Assembly (NCBI GenBank): GCA_963801815.1
Contig: CAWDGJ010000001.1
Location: 128,001 to 192,000 of the forward strand
DNA length: 64,000 bases
Direction: 5' to 3'
From: an uncultured Verrucomicrobiae bacterium
Lineage (GTDB): Bacteria > Verrucomicrobiota > Verrucomicrobiia > Chthoniobacterales > UBA10450
Part shown: positions 26,970-37,031 of the stretch, piece after piece
Numbering within the stretch: position 1 is the stretch's first letter
Layout: the number at the start of each line of letters is the position of its first letter
The notes under the pieces: generated by a model
Database searches by the model: none
Told to the model about the DNA's origin: nothing
What the model saw: only the letters and a program-made list of their open reading frames with translations
Made by a program: the position numbers and the translations under genes

Positions 26970-28811
26970 ATGATTGGACCGGGCCGTGGCGAGCAGCGGA
27001 TCGCTGCGTTGCTGCTTGTGCTTCTATCTAGCGCGCTTTTGTCATCGCTTTTCGCCCGGGAGCAGGTTGCATCTCCGCCGCCTACCGTTAGGCCTAATGT
27101 TGCCAGTGGAAAGAAATCCGCCCGCCAGGATGACTCGATCGCTATCGCTCCGGCCAAGGACCTATTGCTTCGACTCGAGAACGAACATAAATCCGATGCT
27201 CTGTCTCATTTCGTCGAAGGCATTTCGTTTGAGGAAAACGGCGAGATGGACAAGGCCCTGCTGGCTTACCGAAAGGTGCTAGACGTTGATCCGGGACAGG
27301 TCGACCTGGCGTCTCGGGTCGCCTTATTGCTCACGCGTCAGGATGATTTTCCACAGGCAATCGACGTTTTGAAGGACGCTGTGAAAGCAAGGCCCAATGC
27401 GCCTCAACCCTTGCTCCAACTGGCGTTCATCTACGCGAAGTATCTCGGCCGAACTGATCAAGCCATCGAGTATGCGAATCGGGCAATCGCACTCGACCCG
27501 CGCGACTTCGATCCCTATCAACGTCTTTGTGAGATCGCCTTGGGGGCAGGCGATCAGAAAACAGCGCTTCAGGCGTTGGATCGCGCAGTCGCCGTCAAGA
27601 ACGATGACCCGACTTTTTGGACGCGCCTCGGAAAACTCTATGCATCGATTGTTTTCAAGACGGACCGCCCTCCGATGCCGGACGAAATCGCGCGCCTAAA
27701 TGACATCTTCAAAAAGGCAGCCGACCACGCGGGTAACGATGCCACTGTCTTGAAAGACCTGGCGGATTATTATGCATCAACCCAGCAGATCAAGGAGGCG
27801 ATACCGCTTTACTTGCGATTGCTTGAGCTGGAACCGGAAGATGCCAATGCGCGCGAAAAGCTCGCTACCGGTTTTGTCTTAACAAATCAGCGCGACAAAG
27901 CGGTGGGACTGTTGGAGGAGATCATCAAGGAACATCCCGAAAAATATCAGCCTTACGATTTACTTGCCGGATTGCTCGATGATTCGGCGCGCGCCCTGGA
28001 GCGGGACAAAAAAACAGACCAGGCGAAGGCAACGTTCGCCAAAGCAGCGGCCAACTACGAACAGAGCATGATTGTCAATCCGAGTCGCGTCAGTCCGTAC
28101 ATGCACTTGGCCGAGCTGCTTCTTGGGCCGCTGAAGGAAGATGAGCGCGCGGTCAAAGTCCTCAACGAGGCCCGCGAGCACTTTCCGCAAACGCCGGAGA
28201 TCACCTATTATCTCGCGATTGCCCAGCGAGAAGCGAAGCATTCCCAGGAATCGGTGGCGACGTTCGAGGAAGCGTTGCACGAGGCAGCGTTGCAGGACGC
28301 GGAAATCACGAATGCTCGATTCTATTTCGATTACGGAGCGGCCGCCGAACAAGCAGGCCTCTATGATAAAGCGGCCGATCTCTTTAAAAAATCCATCGCC
28401 ATCGATCCCGCCAGCGCCGCCGATGCCTACAATTACCTTGCTTACATGTGGGCGGAACACAACATGCGCCTGGGTGAAGCGGAAGAAATGATCAAGCTGG
28501 CGCTGCAGTCCGACTCAAACAATGGCGCTTACCTCGATACCCTTGGATGGCTCGAATACCGTCAGGGTAAGTTCGATCAAGCCCTGGTGGATTTGCTTCG
28601 CGCCGCTCAAAAGCTGACGCGCGATGATCCAGTGGTATTTGAACACATCGGAGACACTTTCGCGAAAATGAACAAAATCGCGCAAGCTGTGGATGCCTGG
28701 CAAAAAGCGCTCAATCTTGATCCGAAGAACAAAAGCTTGAGTGAGAAGATCGATAACGCCAAAACGAAGATGAGCAAAGGCCAGTTACCGAATGCCAATC
28801 CAATTCATTAA
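26970..28811 (+). CDS. Periplasmic TPR-repeat protein
   Basis: Signal peptide, many TPRs, YNYLAYMWAE, AYLDTLGW, EHIGD. Confidence 0.9.
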   Translation: MIGPGRGEQRIAALLLVLLSSALLSSLFAREQVASPPPTVRPNVASGKKSARQDDSIAIAPAKDLLLRLENEHKSDALSHFVEGISFEENGEMDKALLAYRKVLDVDPGQVDLASRVALLLTRQDDFPQAIDVLKDAVKARPNAPQPLLQLAFIYAKYLGRTDQAIEYANRAIALDPRDFDPYQRLCEIALGAGDQKTALQALDRAVAVKNDDPTFWTRLGKLYASIVFKTDRPPMPDEIARLNDIFKKAADHAGNDATVLKDLADYYASTQQIKEAIPLYLRLLELEPEDANAREKLATGFVLTNQRDKAVGLLEEIIKEHPEKYQPYDLLAGLLDDSARALERDKKTDQAKATFAKAAANYEQSMIVNPSRVSPYMHLAELLLGPLKEDERAVKVLNEAREHFPQTPEITYYLAIAQREAKHSQESVATFEEALHEAALQDAEITNARFYFDYGAAAEQAGLYDKAADLFKKSIAIDPASAADAYNYLAYMWAEHNMRLGEAEEMIKLALQSDSNNGAYLDTLGWLEYRQGKFDQALVDLLRAAQKLTRDDPVVFEHIGDTFAKMNKIAQAVDAWQKALNLDPKNKSLSEKIDNAKTKMSKGQLPNANPIH

Positions 28812-28833
28812 AGTTCGCGGCTGCCGATATATC

Positions 28834-30183
28834 ATGAGCGCTTATCCAACGCCGTGGCAAAAACGAACGATGTGGGCCGCTCTCACTGCGTTCTTCGTCG
28901 TCCTGCTCATCGTCATCGCCGGCGCAGTTGTTTACGTCGGCGCCAATCTAATCAGTTTTCTTCAACCAATTTTAATTCCCGTTGCTATTGCGATCATTCT
29001 TGCCTATCTGCTCGACCCGCTGGTCACCAAGATCTGTCACCGCGGCATGGGCCGCATCTGGGCGATCGTTCTCATTTTCCTGAGCGCGTTCGTCGCCCTG
29101 TTCGGTTTGTTTTGGTGGGTGGTGCCGACCATCTCGATCCAAAGCGCAAACTTCGCGAAAGAACTTCCTTCCTACAGCCAGACCGCACGCGACCGGATTG
29201 TCGATCTGGTGGTTCGCTATAACAGAACTTTCGAAGCCAGTGGCACCCGCAGCAAATCCGCTACTTCGGGTTTGGTAAATCTTCTTCTCGGAACACCACC
29301 GCCGCATTCGAGTGCGACTCCGTCGGCGACGCCGGCTCCTTCGCCGTCTCCGGAAGGTGCAGTCGAGTCGATCGCTCCAGCGCCCCCGAAGCTTAGTTCG
29401 GCGGAGCGGCAGAAAATCGAAGCCGATGTGGAGAAAATGATTGTTTACGTGCAACACCAGCTCCCGGCCTGGAGCGAGAAGGTTTGGAACATCACCCAGA
29501 AAAGCATTGGCGGATTTCTTGGTGTTGCCGGTTTCCTGCTCAGCTTGGTCATGGTACCGATCTACCTTTTTTTCCTTTTGAAGGAACGCCCCCGGATCGA
29601 AAGACGATGGAAAGATTACCTTCCGCTTCGTGCGTCGCCATTGAAAGACGAGATCGTGGAGGCGTTATCCGAGATCAACAGTTACATCATCTCATATTTT
29701 CGCGGCCAATTGCTGGTCTGCCTTGTCGACGGAATTCTTATTGGCTGCACGCTCTCTTTGCTCGGCTTGAATTTCGCGCCACTCATAGGTCTCTCCGTAG
29801 TAATCCTCACCATGATCCCATACATCGGAATTGTGATTTGCTGGGTGCCGGCGGTGTTGATCGCCGCGTTTCAATGGGGCGACTGGATGCATCCGATTAT
29901 CGTTACTGGGATTTTCCTTTTGATCCAAAATCTTGAAGGCATGTTTTACGCGCCGCGTATTGTTGGAAAATCGGTCGGTCTTCATCCGATGACGGTGATC
30001 GTGTCAATCTTCGTCTGGGGCTTGTTGATCGGCGGCTTGCTCGGGCCGATTCTCGCCGTGCCGTTGACCGCGACCATCAAGGTGCTGCTTACGCGTTATG
30101 TTTGGGGGCCGCGAATGCGCGACAGAATCCGCGCTCAGGTCGGGGATGTTCCCGTCGCGAGCGAGGCACGCGGCGAAACTTAG
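28834..30183 (+). CDS. AI-2E (PerM) family transporter
   Basis: LAYLLDPLV, YFRGQLLV, IPYIG, PRIVGKSVGLHP, LAVPLTA. Confidence 0.93.
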   Translation: MSAYPTPWQKRTMWAALTAFFVVLLIVIAGAVVYVGANLISFLQPILIPVAIAIILAYLLDPLVTKICHRGMGRIWAIVLIFLSAFVALFGLFWWVVPTISIQSANFAKELPSYSQTARDRIVDLVVRYNRTFEASGTRSKSATSGLVNLLLGTPPPHSSATPSATPAPSPSPEGAVESIAPAPPKLSSAERQKIEADVEKMIVYVQHQLPAWSEKVWNITQKSIGGFLGVAGFLLSLVMVPIYLFFLLKERPRIERRWKDYLPLRASPLKDEIVEALSEINSYIISYFRGQLLVCLVDGILIGCTLSLLGLNFAPLIGLSVVILTMIPYIGIVICWVPAVLIAAFQWGDWMHPIIVTGIFLLIQNLEGMFYAPRIVGKSVGLHPMTVIVSIFVWGLLIGGLLGPILAVPLTATIKVLLTRYVWGPRMRDRIRAQVGDVPVASEARGET

Positions 30184-30250
30184 ACCTTCGCGCAATCGTT
30201 CGCCTCAAGCCGCGGTTGCATTCTCGGGAGCCCCCACGCATAAGGATTAG

Positions 30251-32146
30251 ATGCCGGAAAAAATTAGACGCGTGCGCCGAAGAAGACGCAGTCATTCTCT
30301 GCCCGGCGTCGAATCATTTCCCCATCTTTGCTTTCGTTTTCCGCCGCTGCGCGTTGCCATTTACGTGGTCGCGGCCACGATCGCACTGTTGCTCGTTATC
30401 GGGTTCGGGACCTACGGCTCCAAGTTTTATTCGGGCTGGCGCGAATCACGTCTATTGAAACGTGCGTCAACGTTGTTGGAAAACAAGGATTACGCAGGGG
30501 CCAATGGTTTGGCGCGCCAGGCCCTCGAGGTCGATCGCGATTCGCTTCCGGCGTTTTTGATTCTGGCCGACGCCACCGAGAAGCAAAACTCCGAGGAGAC
30601 CGTTGCCTGGCGGGCGCAGATCGCGCGCTTACAGCCCACAAACATCGATAGCCAGCTCAATCTCGCATCGGCCGCGTTGCGCTTCGACCAAATCGATCTC
30701 GCCCGCAAGACCTTGGAACGAATTAAACCGATGGCGGAAGATCGTGCTGCTTTCCATGTCGTTTCGGGTTGGCTCGCGCGCGCGGAAGGCAATCTGGTCG
30801 AACAGGAACAGCAGTTCGGCATCGCTGTTGGCAAGGATCCGAAGAACGATCTTTACCAGTTCAACCTCGCGGCCATTCAAATTCGTTCGTCCGATCCGGA
30901 AAAGAGCGCACAGGCGCGCAGCACTCTTGACCGGCTCTCTCAGGTTCCTGAATTTCGCAGCGGCGCACTGCGAGCATTGCTCAACGACGCGGTCGACCGC
31001 AAAGATTTCGAGTCCGCCGATCGTTCTGCGCAACAACTGCAAATGTCGCCAGATGTCACGTTCAGTGATTATCTGCTTTGCCTGAACTTCTATCGCAAAC
31101 TCGACGCGAAGAAGTTCGACAACCTATTGGAGAAAGTGAAACGGGTTGCCGCTCGCAATTCCAACGACCTCGGACTTCTGATGGATTGGATGATTCAAAA
31201 CGATCTGGCGTCGGAAGTTATCAATTGGATGGACAAATTACCTGCTGCATCCACCGACCATCCGCCACCCGCGGTCGCAGTCGCCGCCGCCTTTGCCGAG
31301 CTCAAGAATTGGTCGCGATTACGGCGCTGGACCCGAAGCGAATCGTGGGGAGATGATGATTACTTGCGTCTCGCTTACCAGGCTTTTGCCGCGCACCAGT
31401 TACGGCAATCGAGCTCGGACGCCGAGTTCGACACGCTTTGGCGCACTGCCGTTCACGCTGCGTTCAATCAACCCGATCACGAAATCAAACTCGCGCGACT
31501 CGCCAGTAAATGGAACCTGGCGATCGAGAGCGAAGAACTCTGGTCACGGTTGTCACGGAATTCTGGCAGCCGTCGCGAAGCGCTCGACGCGCTTTACAAA
31601 CTTTATCGTGGCAACAACGATGTCAGAAAACTTTACGACGTGCTTCAAGGTCTGCACGAAACGTCGCCGGACGAAACCGGGATCAGCTGCAATCTTGCCC
31701 GCCTCGGCCTGAACATCGACCAAAACACCAAACAGGCCCAGGACCTCGCGAAACAAGCTTACGATCGCGCTCCCGCTGATGTGAATTGTGCCGTCACGTA
31801 TGCGTTCTCGTTGTATGTCCAGGGTCGAACTCCGGAAGGCCTCGACATCATCCGAAAATTGACGCCGGAGGCGACGCATGAACCGCACAATGCGGTTTAT
31901 GTCGCCGTTCTGTTACTCGACCTGAACCAGACTGACGCCGCCAAAGAATACATTCAGGCGGCGAAACGCGGTCCCCTTTACGTTGAAGAAAAGCGTTTGC
32001 TCGAAGACGAACGCGTCAAGGTCTCTGGCGCAACCCCGAATCCGAGCGCAAATCCGGCACCAACTCCCAAATCCGCATCGTCTACCGCTACTCCGGTGTC
32101 GACGTCTGCTCCGACGCCGATGCCTTCAGCGACTGCAAGCCCCTGA
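30251..32146 (+). CDS. Membrane-anchored TPR-like protein
   Basis: N-terminal TM, helical repeats, Pro/Ser/Thr tail. Confidence 0.75.
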   Translation: MPEKIRRVRRRRRSHSLPGVESFPHLCFRFPPLRVAIYVVAATIALLLVIGFGTYGSKFYSGWRESRLLKRASTLLENKDYAGANGLARQALEVDRDSLPAFLILADATEKQNSEETVAWRAQIARLQPTNIDSQLNLASAALRFDQIDLARKTLERIKPMAEDRAAFHVVSGWLARAEGNLVEQEQQFGIAVGKDPKNDLYQFNLAAIQIRSSDPEKSAQARSTLDRLSQVPEFRSGALRALLNDAVDRKDFESADRSAQQLQMSPDVTFSDYLLCLNFYRKLDAKKFDNLLEKVKRVAARNSNDLGLLMDWMIQNDLASEVINWMDKLPAASTDHPPPAVAVAAAFAELKNWSRLRRWTRSESWGDDDYLRLAYQAFAAHQLRQSSSDAEFDTLWRTAVHAAFNQPDHEIKLARLASKWNLAIESEELWSRLSRNSGSRREALDALYKLYRGNNDVRKLYDVLQGLHETSPDETGISCNLARLGLNIDQNTKQAQDLAKQAYDRAPADVNCAVTYAFSLYVQGRTPEGLDIIRKLTPEATHEPHNAVYVAVLLLDLNQTDAAKEYIQAAKRGPLYVEEKRLLEDERVKVSGATPNPSANPAPTPKSASSTATPVSTSAPTPMPSATASP

Positions 32147-32236
32147 ACATTCAGTTCCACCTTTACAGGATCGACTCGCCTTCACTGAAGCGTGGGTCGC
32201 GGAAGTAATGAATCGATTCGAACGCACGCTTTTGGG

Positions 32237-33413
32237 TTAGTCCTTATACGGATCCACAATTTGGCGGCCGGCCATCGCCACGCCGAGCGGTCGCAAGGTG
32301 TGAAGCACGCGAATTGTTCCCGTGTGTGCCTTTAGTACGTCCGGCAAGCGGCGATACGCCTGCGGCGCTTCATCCAGATCTCCGCCGCGCAAAACAATTC
32401 CGCGATCGTGCAGCCATTTCATCATCGCGTCGTGCCGAACCAATCCGTTTTGCCGAATTCGCTTGTTGCCGACTTTCACGAATCTTCCCTTCGCCGCCGT
32501 CCGCGACATGATTCGCCCCGCGCCGTGAATGGTTGAGAACAGCGCTTCGCGCGAAACGGTCGAGTCGATACCTTCAATGATCACTGCGTCGTCGCCCATG
32601 CTGCCACCAACGAATCCTTTCTGACCGGGAAATGCCGGCGTTGCGCCTTTACGTACGACCCAAAACTCTTGGCCGTTGTGTTTCTCGCGCCAGGCGAAGT
32701 TATGATGGTTATGCACTTCCTCGAGAATCCGTGCACCCAAAATGTCTTGTACCACGTGACGCGCGACCGCTTCGCGGCCCGCGTAAGCGTAACGCCCAGC
32801 CAAGTGCATTCCTGCGAGATAATCGTGACCGATCTCCGACCCTTCGTCGACCACTGTCGGCGGTACATCCATTCCGTCTTTGCCGCCGGCTGCTTTCAAA
32901 AAATGCGTCGCCGTTTTGTGCCCGAGCCCGCGCGAACCAAAATGCACGCCGACCCAAATCCGGTCGTCTTCGTCCGCGAAAATGTCGACGTAATGATTTC
33001 CGCCGCCGACTGTGCCGAGCTGGTCCGCCGCGGTCGATTTCAAATCGCCGATCGGTTTTATTTTCCACGCTGGATCGTCGAATAACTCGTGCTCGACGCG
33101 CGCTTTGCTTTTGCGTCCGATCCCAAACGAAATGTCGCGCACGACATCGTCCATGATCTTGTCGATCTTCGGTCCGATCTCTTCGCGCTTTGCGTCGGTC
33201 AGGATGGCGAGATTGCCACACGCGATGTCGAACCCGACGCCGCTCAGCGAAATCTTCTCCTTGTAGGCGACCACTCCGCCGATCGGTTGGGCGTAGCCTT
33301 TGTGGCCATCGGCGCAAAGCACACCGCATCTCGCCGCCGGCAGCCACGCAGGTTTCAATTTGTTTGATCGTTGCCGCGTCGTGCTCGCCGAAGATTTTCG
33401 TCCGGCCGCTCAC
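32237..33413 (-). CDS. rtcB: RtcB family RNA ligase; frameshift near 33330 (probable sequencing error)
   Basis: ADGHKGY..PIGG, VGFDIACG, LGTVGGGNHY, HFGSRGLG, HNHHN, RKGAT, HGAGR, DEAPQAY; N-terminus GTG 33413 in another frame. Confidence 0.93.
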
Positions 33414-33426
33414 GTGGCAACGGTAC

Positions 33427-33481
33427 AGGTAGCGGCGATTGACCGCAATCGCCACGGCGGGTCAGTGACCCGCCGCTACCT
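33427..33481. repeat. GTAG REP doublet
   Basis: AGGTAGCGGCGATTGACCGCAATCGCC-AC-GGCGGGTCAGTGACCCGCCGCTACCT. Confidence 0.88.
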
Positions 33482-33994
33482 AAGCGATTTCTTTGCAACG
33501 ATTTTCCATGCCTCGACATCCGCGCGCGTGCGCACGGGCAGAGTCAATCGCACAGCGGCGATGGAATCGAAAAGGGCGGTCCGAAACGGCAATCTCATGA
33601 CTCGCGCCAATTCTTTTTGCGCCGCGCGCGACGTTTTCTTGTAAAGCAAACTCACGTGCGGATCGGTTGGACTCTTCGCTCGAGATTTTGCGGCGCGCCC
33701 AAGATCGAGAACTAGTTTTCGCAGCGACGGATTCGGCTTAAAGCGGACATACAGCGTCTTGGTGAATTTCGGCGAAAACGCAACTCCACGCGCACTTAGC
33801 CGGATCGGCCGCGATCGAATTTGGCGCAAAACTTTGGCCGGATGTTGTCGACCCTTCGCTGTGACGAAAAACGTGAGGTGTGGCTCGAAATTAGGTGCCC
33901 CAAATTCCTTGCCAAGGATTCGGACGATCTCGCAAAACAGGTCGCGCTCCGGCTTTGCCGGCAGCAACCAGTAAACAATGGCGGTTTTTTTCAT
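33476..33994 (-). CDS. 2H phosphoesterase, CPDase-like
   Basis: YWLLP, FEPHLT and DPHVSL (two Hx[T/S] motifs). Confidence 0.8.
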   Translation of the reverse strand: MKKTAIVYWLLPAKPERDLFCEIVRILGKEFGAPNFEPHLTFFVTAKGRQHPAKVLRQIRSRPIRLSARGVAFSPKFTKTLYVRFKPNPSLRKLVLDLGRAAKSRAKSPTDPHVSLLYKKTSRAAQKELARVMRLPFRTALFDSIAAVRLTLPVRTRADVEAWKIVAKKSLR

Positions 33995-34119
33995 GGGGTG
34001 AGGCGCGAACCAGCGACCTTTTGGAGCACCAATCGTAAAACATTGCCCGCGTGGATGTCGATCTTCGCGTGATTTGATGAATCAATTGCCGCGAAGCGGC
34101 GCTTAGCGCACATTATCTC

Positions 34120-35359
34120 ATGCACAGAGCCGCCAGGAGTAACGTGGATTGGGTCGCGCTGCGCGAGGATTTCCCGATTTTGCGCGAGCGCGTGAATGGT
34201 CATCCGCTGATTTACTTCGACAGCGCGGCCAGTTCGCAGAAGCCGCGGGCCGTGCTCGACTCGGTCCGCAGTTATTATGAGCACGAAAACGCGAATGTGC
34301 ACCGTGGTCTGCACACGTTGAGCGCGCGAGCGACCGAACATTACGAAAGATCGCGACAACGCGTGGCCGATTTTATTGGCGCAAGCAGCGCGGACGAAAT
34401 CGTGTTCACTCGCGGCACGACTGAGAGCATCAATTTGGTCGCGCAAGCCTGGGGCGGAAAATTTCTGCGCGCGGGCGACGTGATTCTGCTCACGGAAATG
34501 GAGCACCATAGCAATCTCGTGCCGTGGCAATTGCTGGCGGAACGAATCGGCGCCCAATTGCGTTTCGTGCCGGTGAATGACGACGGTACGCTCGCACTGG
34601 AGAATCTTTCGTCGTTGCTGACTCCGGAAGTGAAACTGTTCGCCTTCACCCATGTTTCGAATTCACTCGGCACAATCAATCCCGTAGCCGACCTTTGCGC
34701 CAAGGCGAGGAATGTGGGCGCCGTAACGTTGATCGACGCGGCGCAAAGCATTGGGCACATGCCGCTTGAATGTTCAGGAGATCGGTTGCGATTTTCTCGC
34801 GTTCTCCGGCCACAAAATGTGCGCGCCGACTGGAATTGGCGTGCTCTACGGGCGCTTCGAAATTCTCGACGCCACGCCGCCTTATCACGGTGGCGGCGAA
34901 ATGATCGTCAGCGTCACGCTCCAAAAGAGCACATTTAAAAAACCGCCACATCGGTTCGAAGCCGGTACGCCGAACATTGCCGGCGCGATCGGGCTCGCTG
35001 CCGCGATTGATTATCTCGAAGGGATTGGGCGAAAGGAAATCTTCGAGCACGATGTGGAACTTGCGCATTACGCGTTGCCGAAGATGAAAGGGCTGCCCGG
35101 TTTACGCGTACTCGGGACCGCCAAGGAACACGCAGGAGTTATCAGTTTCGTGATGGACGCTGCTCATCCGCACGATCTCACGACATTCGCCGACCGATAC
35201 GGTCTCGCCATGCGTGGCGGACATCATTGCAATCAGCCGCTTATGCGCCGCTTTGGCGTGACCGGCTCAACTCGGGCCAGTTTTTACATTTACAGCACAC
35301 GCGAGGAGATCGACCGCATGATCGAAATTCTTCAAAAGGCGATCCAATTTTTCAAATGA
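34120..35359 (+). CDS. sufS: Cysteine desulfurase SufS; frameshift near 34766 (probable sequencing error)
   Basis: YFDSAASSQKP, MEHHSN, DAAQS, SGHKM, FEAGTPNIAG, RGGHHC across two frames. Confidence 0.95.
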
Positions 35360-35838
35360 ACACCGAACTTGGCGAGCTCGAAGAACTTTATCAGGAAGTG
35401 ATCCTCGACCATTCACGGCGGCCCCGGAATTTTGGCGAGCTGTCGAACGCGTCGGTCAGGGTGCACGGCGATAATCCGTCCTGTGGCGATGAGATTCATC
35501 TCGCAATGAAGTTCGACGGCAACGGCGGCTTGGAGGAAATCAAATTTACTGGCCACGGCTGCGCCATCAGTCAGGCGTCCGCTTCGTTGATGACGACAAA
35601 ACTGAAAGGCAAAAGTCGCGAGGAAGTCGAAAAGATTCTGCACGCGTTTCATGACCTCGTCACAACCGGCAAAAACGACGCGCCCAAAGGTCTCGGCGAT
35701 CTTCAGGTCATGCGCGGCGTCCGGAAATTCCCGCAGCGCGTGAAATGCGCGATGCTTCCATGGCGCGCGGTTGAACAGGCGCTGCGGCAAAGCGAAGGCG
35801 AATCCACCGTCTCGACTGAAGATCCCGGGTTTGACTAG
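35356..35838 (+). CDS. sufU: SUF system NifU-like Fe-S assembly protein
   Basis: LYQEVILDH, NPSCGD, GCAISQASAS, RVKCAML. Confidence 0.95.
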   Translation: MNTELGELEELYQEVILDHSRRPRNFGELSNASVRVHGDNPSCGDEIHLAMKFDGNGGLEEIKFTGHGCAISQASASLMTTKLKGKSREEVEKILHAFHDLVTTGKNDAPKGLGDLQVMRGVRKFPQRVKCAMLPWRAVEQALRQSEGESTVSTEDPGFD

Positions 35839-35840
35839 TT

Positions 35841-36197
35841 ATGCCGACCAATGTTCTGGGCACGGAACTGAAATGTTGTTGCCGCGACCCGGTGACTGGA
35901 TTTTATCGCGACGGTTTTTGCCGAACGGGTCCGGAAGACGTCGGCCTGCACACGGTTTGCGTCAAAGTGACTCAGGAGTTTCTCGATTTCTCTGTCCTCG
36001 ATGGCAACGACTTGATCACTCCGATCCCGGAATGGGGCTTCCCGGGATTAAAGCCCGGCGATAAGTGGTGCGTTTGCGTTACGCGTTGGAAATCCGCGCT
36101 CGAAGCCAATCGGGCTGCGCCCGTCGACCTCGAAGCAACGCACTCGTCGGCGCTCGAATTCGTCAGTCTGGAACAACTACAGGCCCACGCTTTGTAG
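35841..36197 (+). CDS. DUF2237 family protein
   Basis: NVLG, DPVTGFYRDGFC, GNDLITP, FPGLKPGDKWCVC. Confidence 0.92.
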   Translation: MPTNVLGTELKCCCRDPVTGFYRDGFCRTGPEDVGLHTVCVKVTQEFLDFSVLDGNDLITPIPEWGFPGLKPGDKWCVCVTRWKSALEANRAAPVDLEATHSSALEFVSLEQLQAHAL

Positions 36198-36255
36198 CCA
36201 CGGCCCTGTGGGCCGTTTCCCACCCTTGCAGACCGCCCGCAGGGCGGTGGCTACA
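36193..36255. repeat. GTAG REP doublet
   Basis: TGTAGCCACGGCCCTGTGGGCCGT...ACCGCCCGCAGGGCGGTGGCTACA. Confidence 0.88.
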
Positions 36256-36285
36256 CTTTGGCCTGAAATCAGCTTCTGGACAGGC

Positions 36286-36999
36286 GTGCTTCGACCCGCC
36301 TCACTCATTTTCGTCGTCGCGATCGCGGCGTTTTTTTTGTTTTTGCAGGAAGCAGGCGCCCAATCGTGGTCGACACGCGAACCAGTTTACCCTTCACGAA
36401 TTGCTGATGGCGGACCACTTCAACCGTTCACGTTTGAGCGACAACCGGTCCAGGCGTCGGCGATGCGCGTTGCCTACTACGTTCCGCACACTCAGCACTC
36501 CCAACCGATCGAGCGCAGCGACGACGATTCGGAAGTCAGAACGCCGGGATTCGATCTCACTGATTCGCATCCAATGGTTCGTGGCAATCGCGCTATGTTA
36601 CGAAACGGAATCGCCTACGCGCCATCGAATGCGCCAGACTCGGTGAAACATGCTATCTGGGCGGTGAACACGATTTGCCGTCGTCCGTATGTGTGGGGCG
36701 GTGGCCACGGATCGTTTCGCGATTACGGCTACGATTGCTCTGGAACGGTTTCGTTCGCGCTTCATTACGCCGGGATGCTGCATGAGCCCTTACCGTCGAG
36801 TGATTTCCTGCGTTACGGCGACCGCGGCCGCGGCCGCTGGTTCACAATCTATTCGCGACACGGTCACGTATTCGCAATGATCGCGGGATTGCGGCTCGAT
36901 ACGACAGATTTGCGTTATGGTGGCGACGTCGGCCCACGCTGGCATCTCGATGGACGTGACACCTGGGGATTTGAGGCCCGTCATCCCGTTGGGTTGTAA
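36286..36999 (+). CDS. NlpC/P60-like peptidoglycan endopeptidase
   Basis: Signal peptide; PYVWGGGH, GYDCSG, GHVF. Confidence 0.85.
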   Translation: MLRPASLIFVVAIAAFFLFLQEAGAQSWSTREPVYPSRIADGGPLQPFTFERQPVQASAMRVAYYVPHTQHSQPIERSDDDSEVRTPGFDLTDSHPMVRGNRAMLRNGIAYAPSNAPDSVKHAIWAVNTICRRPYVWGGGHGSFRDYGYDCSGTVSFALHYAGMLHEPLPSSDFLRYGDRGRGRWFTIYSRHGHVFAMIAGLRLDTTDLRYGGDVGPRWHLDGRDTWGFEARHPVGL

Positions 37000-37031
37000 A
37001 GCGGCGCGTTCGCAGCCAACATAACGGCGAT

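Noticed and set aside
33320..34780. Programmed frameshifting or pseudogenisation of rtcB and sufS
   Set aside because: Single extra bases without slippery motifs in otherwise intact conserved genes; similar indels elsewhere point to read errors. Needs a read check.
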